DNA from: Mobula hypostoma
Taxonomy: Eukaryota
Reading direction: 5' to 3'
DNA: 64,000 bases
Assembly: GCF_963921235.1 (NCBI RefSeq)
Contig: NC_086108.1
Span: 83,082,001-83,146,000 of the forward strand
How positions within the stretch are numbered: the stretch's first letter is position 1; each line of letters begins with the position of its first letter. The notes under the pieces were generated by a model. The model ran no database searches. It was not told the DNA's origin and saw nothing but the letters and a program-made list of their open reading frames with translations. Position numbers and translations under genes: made by a program. Shown here piece by piece: positions 13,617 through 23,641 of this stretch.

Positions 13617-14047
13617 CCTCCAAGAGGACCACACCTTGTCGTGGTTTGGAGGCTTGCATGCCTCAATGACCTGGAGAGCTATGTTGGCTGGAGTCAGGGC
13701 TTTACGCTTTGGCTCTTGGTAGGGTCACACTTGCCAAACAGGTCAAAAGGGTAGAAGCCAGACAAAGAGTGGTCACCAGTCCTCCATGTTCTGAGGTTTA
13801 GCTCAGGGCTCACAACTCTAACTTCTAAAACAAAATTGTTATGGAAACAGCATTGAAGAATCCTTCTACATCTCTGCGCGACAAAATTCCTTAGTCTCCA
13901 CCCGGGACTTGCATGACGGACAGTAGTGATAACCGAGAAGAAGCTACTGACATGATGAAGGAAGTCATGAACATCCTCAGAAATGGAAGACCTTCATTGC
14001 TGCTCTAAATGCCATTGGCATAATGGACAGTAAGTAAATAAGTAAGT
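13617..14047 (+). mobile_element. RTE-derived bipartite non-autonomous retroelement, copy 1
   Basis: 12-bp TSD AAATGCTAACAA (13605-13616 / 14048-14059); RTE-like 5' end 'caccttgtcgtggtttggaggcttgc'; (TAAG)n tail; second copy at 52242. Confidence 0.7.
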
Positions 14048-14189
14048 AAATGCTAACAAAGAAGCAACAAGACATTAGAAGAAACTTCTCTCTGTTATAA
14101 AGTTCTAAAACATGACAGAGAAGTATTTAAGTCACAAATCCACAGCCACACCACCCTTTTCTTGAAAGAGGAAGATATACCAAGGAATC

Positions 14190-14483
14190 ATAGAGGGATA
14201 TAATTATGACCACATTTGAGAAAGGAGATAAATCTAACTGCAATCAGCTACAGAGGGTCTTCATGCTATCTGTTGCGAGATACCTCACCCAATGGCTAGA
14301 GAGCTGTTCCCAAATCACTGTGTGTTTTGAAGCACAATAGGCAAAAAATACTGAGGTCAATGCTTCCATGAGAAATGCTGGAAACATAAACAACCACTAC
14401 AGATGTGATATTTTCCAACTTTATTCAAGCCATTAGTTCCTTCATATGGGATGGACAATTGGAAAGCACTTTCATTAAATTTA
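14190..14483 (+). mobile_element. Old RTE RT fragment, left half (split by the PLE)
   Basis: KGDKSNC..YRG-like motif at ~14220-14260; continues after 19245. Confidence 0.5.
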
Positions 14484-14585
14484 AACGCAAACAACAGGAA
14501 TTCTGCAGATGCTGGAAATTCAAGCAACACACATCAAAGTTGCTGGTGAACGCAGCAGGCCAAGCAGCATCTATAGGAAGAGGCG

Positions 14586-14623
14586 CAGTCGACGTTTCAG
14601 GCCGAGACCCTTCGTCAGGACTA
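14586..14623 (-). ncRNA. Minimal type I hammerhead ribozyme (left arm)
   Basis: Exact reverse complement of 19133-19170. Confidence 0.85.
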
Positions 14624-14914
14624 ACTGAAGGAAGAGTGAGTAAGGGATTTGAAAGCTGGAGGGGGAGGGGGAGATGCAAAATGATAGGAGAAGACGGGAG
14701 GGGGAGGGATAGAGCCGAGAGCTGGACAGGTGATAGGCAAAAGGGGATACGAGAGGATCATGGGACAGGAGGTCCGGGAAGAAAGACGGGGGGGGTGACC
14801 CAGAGGATGGGCAAGAGGTATATTCAGAGGGACAGAGGGAGAAAAAGGAGAGTGAGAGAAAGAATGTGTGCATAAAAATGAGTAACAGATGGGGTACGAG
14901 GGGGGAGGTGGGGC

Positions 14915-15787
14915 CTAGCGGAAGTTAGAGAAGTCAATGTTCATGCCATCAGGTTGGAGGCTACCCAGACGGAATATAAGGTGTTGTTCCTCCAACCTGA
15001 GTGTGGCTTCATCTTTACAGTAGAGGAGGCCGTGGATAGACATGTCAGAATGGGAATGGGACGTGGAATTAAAATGTGTGGCCACTGGGAGATCCTGCTT
15101 TCTCTGGCGGACAGAGCGTAGATGTTCAGCAAAGCGGTCTCCCAGTCTGCGTCGGGTCTCACCAATATATAAAAGGCCACATCGGGAGCACCGGACGCAG
15201 TATATCACCCCAGTCGACTCACAGGTGAAGTGATGCCTCACCTGGAAGGACTGTTTGGGGCCCTGAATGGTGGTGAGGGAGGAAGTGTAAGGGCATGTGT
15301 AGCACTTGTTCCGCTTACACGGATAAGTGCCAGGAGGGAGATCAGTGGGGAGGGATGGGGGGGACGAATGGACAAGGGAGTTGTGTAGGGAGCGATCCCT
15401 GCGGAATGCAGAGGGGGGGGAGGGAAAGATGTGCTTAGTGGTGGGATCCCGTTGGAGGTGGCGGAAGTTACGGAGAATAATATGTTGGACCCGGAGGCTG
15501 GTGGGGTGGTAGGTGAGGACCAGGGGAACCCTATTCCTAGTGGGGTGGTGGGTGGATGGAGTGAGAGCAGATGTACGTGAAATGGGGGAGATGCGTTTAA
15601 GAGCAGAGTTGATAGTGGAGGAAGGGAAGCCCCTTTCTTTAAAAAATGAAGACATCTCCCTCGTCCTAGAATGAAAAGCCTCATCCTGAGAGCAGATGCG
15701 GCGGAGACGGAGGAATTGCGAGAAGGGAATGGCGTTTTTGCAAGAGACAGGGTGAGAAGAGGAATAGTCCAGATAGCTGTGAGAGTC
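14915..15787 (-). pseudogene. 5'-truncated inverted copy of the PLE ORF C-terminus (thumb, Cys linker, GIY-YIG)
   Basis: 246-aa ORF 14915-15655 is identical to the C-terminus of the long ORF except one Q>R change. Confidence 0.9.
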
Positions 15788-15795
15788 TTCCGGTG

Positions 15796-18700
15796 ATGCC
15801 TACACCGAAGAAGTTTAGATCCTCTCTTCGACGGGAGTTCAGTGAAACCATCTCTCACTGCTCCCCATCTGTAATTTCTTCGGCTCTTCAACTTTTCGAC
15901 CACACTTTGACTCAGACTCGCTATCACAGCCATATATCCTTTCTTGGAACGTGCCTCCGTCGCCAACTTACTCCAGTTGGCTTTAGGATTCGTTTCCAAG
16001 CCTCTCAATTTGGACCTTCTGAGGATCCCAGGTACTCACATTTTATTGACTCTGCCTCTCGCCGCTTCTCCCGTCAAGCTCTGAAGGCGACGCTCTCCGC
16101 CATGAGGAGGTACTTGGTGTCCCTATCCCAGACCCTTCCACACCTTCGGGACACTTTCTTCGCCGTCTGTATTGGTCCTACCCGTTATTTCATCCTCCGT
16201 CGGATCCACGCCTGCAATCGCCGTTTTTTTGACTTTGTCATGTTAGGTAAAGATCGTAAGATCTTACATCTACGGACTCCAGAGCCTGCCGGCCCCGACG
16301 CTAGCAGGCATGAACTTTCAATTGCGGCTCCTGCCATTGATCTCGGCGGCTCCAACACCTCAGGACATATTCAAAACCCGGACTCCAGCAACGACCATGG
16401 ACACATTCGAAGTGATTACGCAACCACCAACTGCAACTCCAGCCTTGAACTCCAGGCCGGGTCTTTATGTGCTGCTGTTGTGACTCCCGTCTCCCCTTCC
16501 CCAACCACCACTCCGCAGCCCCGTCTTCCTCAGATCCCACCGTCAGCTCCTGGGCCCTCAGAGGCTCCATCTTCCTCTCACCCCAACCCTCCCCTCTCCA
16601 CTGACACCCCCAGCCTCCCCCCTCCCCCCTCTGATCCCAGCTCTCATCCGTGCCGGGTCTTTACCATCCCCTCCGACCTTCAACTGTCGGAGGCAGAACG
16701 CTCTGTTCTCAGTAAGGGCCTCACGTTTGTTCCCCTTCGCCCACACCTCAGCGAGTTCCGTGTTCGCCACGATGCGGAACTTTTCTTCCGCCGTCTCCGT
16801 CTCCGAGCCTACTTCTTCGGCAAGGACTCTTCCACCCCCACCGATGACCCCTTCTCCCGTCTTCAACCGTCCTCTTCTTCATGGACACCCCGCTCTGGTC
16901 TTCTGCCTGCTCTGGATCTCTTTATCGCTAACTGCCGACGGGACATCAACCGTCTCGACTTCACCGCACCTTGTCCCCATTCCAACCTCACTCCTTCGGA
17001 ACGCTCTGCTCTCCAATCCCTCCGCACTAATCCTAACATTATTATTAAACCCGCTGATAAAGGAGGTGCTGTTGTAGTCTGGCGTACTGACCTCTACCTT
17101 GCCGAGGCACAGCGACAACTCGCGGATACCTCCTCTTATTTACCCCTCGATCGTGACCCCACTAAGGAGCACCAGGCCATTGTCTCCCACACTATCAACG
17201 ACTTTATCCGCTCAGGGGATCTCCCATCCACTGCTACCAACCTTATAGTTCCCACACCCCGCACTTCCCGTTTCTACCTCCTACCCAAGATCCACAAACC
17301 TGCCTGTCCTGGCCGACCTATTGTCTCAGCTTGCTCCTGCCCCACCGAACTCGTTTCTGCATACCTCGACACTGTTTTATCACCCCTTGTTCAATCCCTT
17401 CCGACCTATGTTCGTGACACTTCTCACGCTCTTAAACTTTTCGATGATTTTAAGTTCCCTGGCCCCCACCGCTTTATTTTCACCATGGATGTCCAGTCCT
17501 TATATACTTCCATCCCCCATCAGGAAGGTCTCAAAGCTCTACGCTTCTTTTTGGATTCCAGACCTAATCAGTTCCCCTCTACCACCACTCTGCTCCGTCT
17601 AGCGCAATTAGTCCTTACTCTTAATAATTTCTCCTTTTGCTCCTCCCATTTCCTCCAAACTAAAGGTGTAGCTATGGGCACCCGTATGCGTCCTAGCTAT
17701 GCCTGCCTTTTTGTTGGGTTTGTGGAACAATCTATGTTCCGTGCCTATTCTGGTATCTGTCCCCCACTTTTCCTTCGCTACATCGACGACTGCATTGGCG
17801 CTGCTTCCTGCACACATGCAGAACTCATTGACTTTATTAACTTTGCCTCCAACTTTCACCCTGCCCTCAAGTTTACATGGTCCATTTCCGACACCTCCCT
17901 CCCCTTTCTAGATCTTTCTGTCTCTGTCTCTGGAGACAGCTTATCCACTGATGTCTACTATAAGCCTACTGACTCTCACAGCTATCTGGACTATTCCTCT
18001 TCTCACCCTGTCTCTTGCAAAAACGCCATTCCCTTCTCGCAATTCCTCCGTCTCCGCCGCATCTGCTCTCAGGATGATGCTTTTCATTCTAGGACGAGGG
18101 AGATGTCTTCATTTTTTAAAGAAAGGGGCTTCCCTTCCTCCACTATCAACTCTGCTCTTAAACGCATCTCCCCCATTTCACGTACATCTGCTCTCACTCC
18201 ATCCACCCACCACCCCACTAGGAATAGGGTTCCCCTGGTCCTCACCTACCACCCCACCAGCCTCCGGGTCCAACATATTATTCTCCGTAACTTCCGCCAC
18301 CTCCAACGGGATCCCACCACTAAGCACATCTTTCCCTCCCCCCCCTCTGCATTCCGCAGGGATCGCTCCCTACACAACTCCCTTGTCCATTCGTCCCCCC
18401 CATCCCTCCCCACTGATCTCCCTCCTGGCACTTATCCGTGTAAGCAGAACAAGTGCTACACATGCCCTTACACTTCCTCCCTCACCACCATTCAGGGCCC
18501 CAAACAGTCCTTCCAGGTGAGGCATCACTTCACCTGTGAGTCGACTGGGGTGATATACTGCGTCCGGTGCTCCCGATGTGGCCTTTTATATATTGGTGAG
18601 ACCCGACGCAGACTGGGAGACCGCTTTGCTGAACATCTACGCTCTGTCCGCCAGAGAAAGCAGGATCTCCCAGTGGCCACACATTTTAATTCCACGTCCC

Positions 18701-18843
18701 ATTCCCATTCTGACATGTCTATCCACGGCCTCCTCTACTGTAAAGATGAAGCCACACTCAGGTTGGAGGAACAACACCTTATATTCCGTCTGGGTAGCCT
18801 CCAACCAGATGGCATGAACATTGACTTCTCTAACTTCCGCTAG
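15796..18843 (+). CDS. PLE polyprotein: N-terminal domain, reverse transcriptase, Cys-rich linker, GIY-YIG endonuclease
   Basis: Open ~1015 aa from ATG 15796; motifs IKPADKGGAVVV, FYLLPKIHK, GRPIVS, DVQSLYTSI, GVAMGT, RYIDD, YYKPTD, CKQNKCYTC, VIYCVRCSRCGLLYIGET, RFAEH, GMN. Confidence 0.93.
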   Translation: MPTPKKFRSSLRREFSETISHCSPSVISSALQLFDHTLTQTRYHSHISFLGTCLRRQLTPVGFRIRFQASQFGPSEDPRYSHFIDSASRRFSRQALKATLSAMRRYLVSLSQTLPHLRDTFFAVCIGPTRYFILRRIHACNRRFFDFVMLGKDRKILHLRTPEPAGPDASRHELSIAAPAIDLGGSNTSGHIQNPDSSNDHGHIRSDYATTNCNSSLELQAGSLCAAVVTPVSPSPTTTPQPRLPQIPPSAPGPSEAPSSSHPNPPLSTDTPSLPPPPSDPSSHPCRVFTIPSDLQLSEAERSVLSKGLTFVPLRPHLSEFRVRHDAELFFRRLRLRAYFFGKDSSTPTDDPFSRLQPSSSSWTPRSGLLPALDLFIANCRRDINRLDFTAPCPHSNLTPSERSALQSLRTNPNIIIKPADKGGAVVVWRTDLYLAEAQRQLADTSSYLPLDRDPTKEHQAIVSHTINDFIRSGDLPSTATNLIVPTPRTSRFYLLPKIHKPACPGRPIVSACSCPTELVSAYLDTVLSPLVQSLPTYVRDTSHALKLFDDFKFPGPHRFIFTMDVQSLYTSIPHQEGLKALRFFLDSRPNQFPSTTTLLRLAQLVLTLNNFSFCSSHFLQTKGVAMGTRMRPSYACLFVGFVEQSMFRAYSGICPPLFLRYIDDCIGAASCTHAELIDFINFASNFHPALKFTWSISDTSLPFLDLSVSVSGDSLSTDVYYKPTDSHSYLDYSSSHPVSCKNAIPFSQFLRLRRICSQDDAFHSRTREMSSFFKERGFPSSTINSALKRISPISRTSALTPSTHHPTRNRVPLVLTYHPTSLRVQHIILRNFRHLQRDPTTKHIFPSPPSAFRRDRSLHNSLVHSSPPSLPTDLPPGTYPCKQNKCYTCPYTSSLTTIQGPKQSFQVRHHFTCESTGVIYCVRCSRCGLLYIGETRRRLGDRFAEHLRSVRQRKQDLPVATHFNSTSHSHSDMSIHGLLYCKDEATLRLEEQHLIFRLGSLQPDGMNIDFSNFR

Positions 18844-19132
18844 GCCCCACCTCCCCCTCGTACCCCATCTGTTACTCATTTTTATGCACACATTCTTTCT
18901 CTCACTCTCCTTTTTCTCCCTCTGTCCCTCTGAATATACCTCTTGCCCATCCTTTGGGTCACCCCCCCGTCTTTCTTCCCGGACCTCCTGTCCCATGATC
19001 CTCTCGTATCCCCTTTTGCCTATCACCTGTCCAGCTCTCGGCTCTATCCCTCCCCCTCCTGTCTTCTCCTATCATTTTGCATCTCCCCGTCCCCCTCCAG
19101 CTTTCAACTCCCTTACTCACTCTTCCTTCAGT

Positions 19133-19170
19133 TAGTCCTGACGAAGGGTCTCGGCCTGAAACGTCGACTG
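19133..19170 (+). ncRNA. Minimal type I hammerhead ribozyme (right arm, 3' UTR)
   Basis: Stem I UAGUC/GACUG; core CUGACGA plus one A; stem II GGGU/GCCU with CUCG loop; GAAA; palindromic ACGU in place of stem III; predicted cleavage after GUC at 19165. Confidence 0.85.
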
Positions 19171-19245
19171 CGCCTCTTCCTATAGATGCTGCTTGGCCTG
19201 CTGCGTTCACCAGCAACTTTGATGTGTGTTGTTTCATTAAATTTA

Positions 19246-19660
19246 TCTCCTTACAGAATTTGACCTCTATTTCACAATTTGTGATCCTAACCAATGGGCT
19301 CACAATAGGTTTGGTTTCAGTGCAGAGTGGTGTCAAGGAAGGCCATGTTATTACTCCAGCAACTCTTTAACCTGCCTTGCTGTAATGCTTAACCTCTTCT
19401 CCAGCAAGTTTCCAACTAGAGTGAAACTAAGCCGCAGGACCAATCCAATGCGAAACTCTTTGACATAATCTGTTTCCATTTCAGATTCAAGGTTTCCCCA
19501 ACCTGAACACTGAGCTGCAGTGGGTGGATGATGTTTGCATAGGCATGTGCTCACAGGCTTATCTAAAGTCACTATTGACTCATTCACTGAAGTAAATGAC
19601 AAGATAAGCCATACACTCAACATCCACAAAAGAAAGGTCTACCAAGCTGCTCTCCTGCCT
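19246..19660 (+). mobile_element. Old RTE RT fragment, right half
   Basis: VQSGVKEGHVITPATL resembles RTE GVKQGCVIAPTLF. Confidence 0.55.
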
Positions 19661-20056
19661 TTGTAAAATATAGCCCTCTAACAATCAAATCCCATAATGA
19701 GCCTCTGAAAAATATGCAGTTTATTAAAAACAAATTAAAGCTCTAACTAGTAATTATAAACAATAAAATTGGCCCAAGGAAAATTTCATGAAGAGTATCA
19801 TAGTATTTAATGCAACAAAATGCAAGAAAAACACTAATAGAGACAAGTTCCTTCATAACAGGCATGCAATTGCTACCAGGCAGCAAGTTTTCCAGCTATA
19901 AGCCGCTAATACTTTTACAATTGGAATCCTATTGCCAGTGTTATGAAAAGATTCAATTTACAGGCTGAACTAGCTTATGAGCACCCAGTTTATGGATACC
20001 CATTCATACAAACCATCTCCTGAAATTCAAAAATCCAACATGAGTGCATATGCTCC

Positions 20057-20156
20057 TTCCATTATGAAGGAACTTTTTCTGTGGAAGGTTGTGGTGATAG
20101 TTTACCACAATCTTCCACAGAAAAAGTTCCTTCATAATGGAAACTATCACCACAAC
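20057..20156. repeat. 41-bp inverted repeat with 4-nt loop, plus a nested 16-bp inverted copy
   Basis: 20057-20097 pairs with 20102-20142 (2 G:T mismatches); 20088-20103 is the reverse complement of 20141-20156. Confidence 0.9.
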
Positions 20157-20159
20157 TAA

Positions 20160-20950
20160 TGAAGAGGCAGGCAAAGCCTTGGCTGACTCAAGGGTCGAGG
20201 CATGTGAGTGCAATGCAAAGTCGGGACGATGTCAAAGCATGGTCGAGGGGAAGTGGTCAGAGCAAGGTTGAGGCATGTTCGATATGGAGTTGGAGTTGGA
20301 GATGGAATTGGAACAAGCAGAGCAGAGAAAAGTCAGAGCGGAGGAGTTTCGCAGCCTGTCCCGAGAGCAAGGTTTGATTGGTCTAAGGGCCAGGCAGATT
20401 TGGAAAGGTCGGGTACGGGCTGCAACGTAGCAGTGGGGTCCATGCCCAAAGCTATCAATGCAGCAGGCTCCAGGTCCTAGTGCGGGGGTACGACCTGGTG
20501 TTTGGACAATTTAAACGCGGGGCCAGATGGACCAAAAAGGCTGGGTGCTGAAACCCGGGGCAAGGGTTGGACCGGTTTGGTTCTGCTTGTGGCTACGCAA
20601 TGTTGACTCTGCCTTCAGCATTGAGAGTGAGGCTGTGGGCCTGCTCCGGCTGCTCTGGGCTTTGTGTCTGCAAGCTTCGCGATGATCTGATCCACTGACT
20701 GATGAACTGAGGCTAACGCTGTGTCCTGCTCCAGCTGCTCTGGGCTTCAGTTCTACAGACTCACTTTCATTCTGAATGCTGTTGCTTGCTTTTATTGTTT
20801 GCACGATTTGATTTTTTTCTCCCTCTTTCTGCACATTGGGTGTAGGTCTTTTTTTCGAATTGGGTTCTTTCGGGTTTCTTGTAAGCAGACAAATCTCAAG
20901 GTCGTATAATTTATACGTATGTTGATAAGAAATGTAGTTTGAACTTTGAT
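20160..20950 (+). repeat. Non-coding interspersed repeat with a LINE-type (Rex1/L2-like) 3' tail
   Basis: GC-rich body; tail 'aatctcaaggtcgtata...tttgaactttga' similar to ~45627-45700 (minus) and ~62670-62770. Confidence 0.4.
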
Positions 20951-21006
20951 TTTGTCCTTTATAGCAGCGTCTCTTGCACTTTATTGCTTTGAAACATTCA
21001 TTGTGC

Positions 21007-22580
21007 CATAAGACACAGAAACTAAATCCATGCCACTCAGACCATTGAGTTTGCTCCCCAATTCCTTCATGGCTGATTTATTATCCATCTCTACCCCATT
21101 CTCCTTCCTTCTTCCCACAACCTTTCATGTCTTACTAATGTATACTTTAATGTATATAATATATATTTTAAATATACCCAATGACTTGGCATCTGCAGCC
21201 ATCTGTGGCATTAAATTCCACAAGTTTACCATGCTTTTGGCCAAAGAAATTCCTCATCATCTTTGTTCTAAATGTGTGTCCCTGTATTCAAGGCTGTGTT
21301 CTCTGGTCCCAGACTCCCCCCACTAAAGGAAACATTCTCTCCATGTCCGCTCTGCCTAGACCTTTCAATATTTGGTAGGTTTCAATGAGATCTTCACTCA
21401 TTCTTCCCAGCTCCAGCAAGTATAGGCCCAGAGCCACTAAACACTCCTCATACATTAACCCTTTTATTCCTAGGGTCAATCTCGTGAACCTCCTCTGGGC
21501 TTTCTCTAATGCCAGTGCATCCTTTCTAAGATATAGGACCCAAAATTGCTCACAATACTCCAAGTGTGGCCTAACTGATGTCTTATAAAACCTCAGCATT
21601 ACATCCTTGTTTTTATATTCTAGTCCTCTCAAAATGAATGCTAACATTGCATTTGTTTTCTTTACCGCTGACGCAACCTGCAAGTTAACCTTTAGGGAAT
21701 CCTGCACAATGGCTCCCAGTTCCTTTGCACCTCTGATCTCTGAATTTTCTTCCCCATTTAGAAAATAGACTATAACTTTATTCCTTCTGCCAAAATGCAT
21801 GACCCTACACTTCCTAACATTGTATTCCATCGGTCACTTCTTTGTCCATTCTCCTAACCTGTTTAAGCTTTCTGCAAGCTACCTGCCAGTCCACCTGTCT
21901 TTGTATCATCCGTAAACCTAATCAGAACCTAATCAGAAAACCATCAATTTCATCATCCGAATCATTGACATATAGCATGAAAAGAAGCTGACCCCATCAG
22001 AACACCACTAGTTACCGGCAGCCAACCAGAAAAGGACCCCTTAATTCCCAGTCTTTGCTTCCTGCCAGTCAGCCAATCTTCTATTCATGCTAATATCTTC
22101 CCTGTAATACGATGGGCTATTAACTTGCTTAGCATATTGTCAAAGGCATTTTGAAATTCCAAGTAAACAGCATCCATGGATTCTCTGTTGTCCATCTTAC
22201 CTGTTATTTTCTCAAAGAATTCTAGCAGATTTGCCAGGCAAAATTTCCTCTGAATGAAGCCACGCTGACTTTGACCTATTTCATTATGTGCCTCCAAGTA
22301 TCTCAAAACACCATCTTTAATAATGGGCTCTAACATCTTCCCAACCACTGAATTCAGTCTAACTGGCCTATTATTTTCTGACTTTTGCCTCTCTCTCTTC
22401 ATAAAGAGTGGAGTAACATTTGCAATATTCCAGTAATCTGGAACCATTCCAGAATCTAGTGTTTCTTGAAAGATCATTACTAATGCCTCCACAGTCTCTT
22501 CAGCTACCTCCTTCAGAAATCTAGGGTGTAGTCCAACCGGTCCAAGTGAGCTTTCAGATTCCAAGCACCTTCTCCTTAGT
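21007..22580 (-). mobile_element. 5'-truncated CR1 LINE (RT region)
   Basis: VRPHLEYCEQFW, NVTPLF, RPVRLNSVVGK, DAVYLEFQNAFD. Confidence 0.9.
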
Positions 22581-22924
22581 AATAGCAATAGTAATCAGAA
22601 CGTCTCAGATTTGCCTACGGTCAGGATGGAAGATTCTGGGTCATGTGAAGTTCCATATGCTGGTGTTTCTGACAATGTATTCTATTTCTAGAGAGACAGA
22701 GAGTTTTCACACTCTCTCCTTACTTTCAGTAATTGTCTTTCTTATTAGCCTTATGTGTATTCAATGACATTCACTGTGGAGGTTATGCACCTTTACTATT
22801 TTTATGTATTCCTCTACTTATGATTGAAATTGATTTATGCCAGTCTGTAAAAATGGAACTTCTTTGAAGGAAAGGGGGGGAAGAAAGGAGTAATAGGAAT
22901 ATGTTTTTGCTGGCAAAAGTACAA

Positions 22925-23106
22925 CAGTTTCTTCAGATGCTGGAAATCTTGTGCAACATGCACAAAATGCTGGAGGAACTCGGGAGTCAGGCAGCATCCA
23001 TGGAGGGAATAAACAGTCATTGTTTTGGGCCAAGATCCTTCATCGGGATTCCGCGCCCTCCCCCCCGCCGCCCATGGATGCTGCCTGATTTCCAGAGTTC
23101 CTCCAG
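22925..23106 (-). mobile_element. Short PLE tail with degenerate HHR (23014-23050) and a short inverted arm (~23072-23106)
   Basis: 'ctggaggaactcgggagtcaggcagcatccatgg' versus 'ccatggatgctgcctgatttccagagttcctccag'. Confidence 0.7.
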
Positions 23107-23641
23107 GGTTTTACCATAGCGGCTTTGGCTCCTGTAGCTTTGTTCCTCAAGGCCAGCAGAGGGAGTGTTGAGTCACTGTAACGATATAGAAAATGGGTAC
23201 ATTCCAATTTAGGGTGAATAGCTAGAAATTTCAAGGAAAAAAATGAATGAAAATATTTTCTATATCAATTAAGTGACCGAATCCACTTGAAAAAAAGACC
23301 ACAAATCTCAAGAGACCACAAATCCTCAAATATTATTTCAAAGTATTACAACCAAATGAATAAAGTGGTACCATATTTCATTCTCCAGGCTCCTGGGAAT
23401 ATAACCCTTATCATTTCATTTTCCATTAAATAATGGCTTCTACAATTATCAATAGATATCACTGATAAACACAGTCTCCAGCAATAGAAGTACTGATAAG
23501 ACTGTATACACTCAGAAACCACTTTATTAGGTACAAGAGGTACAACTGTGTATGCTTATGCTCTTCTGCTGCTGTAGCCCGTCCACTTCAATGTTCAATG
23601 TGTTGTGCATTCAGAGATTCTCTTCTGCACACCACTGTTAT

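Larger units (their letters stand above)
14484..19231 (+). mobile_element. Young Penelope-like retroelement (Neptune-type) with inverted pseudo-LTR
   Basis: Perfect 14-bp TSD TTTCATTAAATTTA (14470-14483 / 19232-19245); 14525-15787 is the reverse complement of 17971-19231; RT + GIY-YIG ORF. Confidence 0.95.

Noticed and set aside
15238..16008. 256-aa minus-strand ORF crossing the inversion junction, and other overlapping ORFs in 14400-19400
   Set aside because: Alternative-frame or antisense shadows of the PLE; no recognisable domain
15796..19231. Selenoprotein (Naiad-type) PLE with a SECIS element
   Set aside because: No in-frame TGA; the ORF ends at TAG and no SECIS is evident
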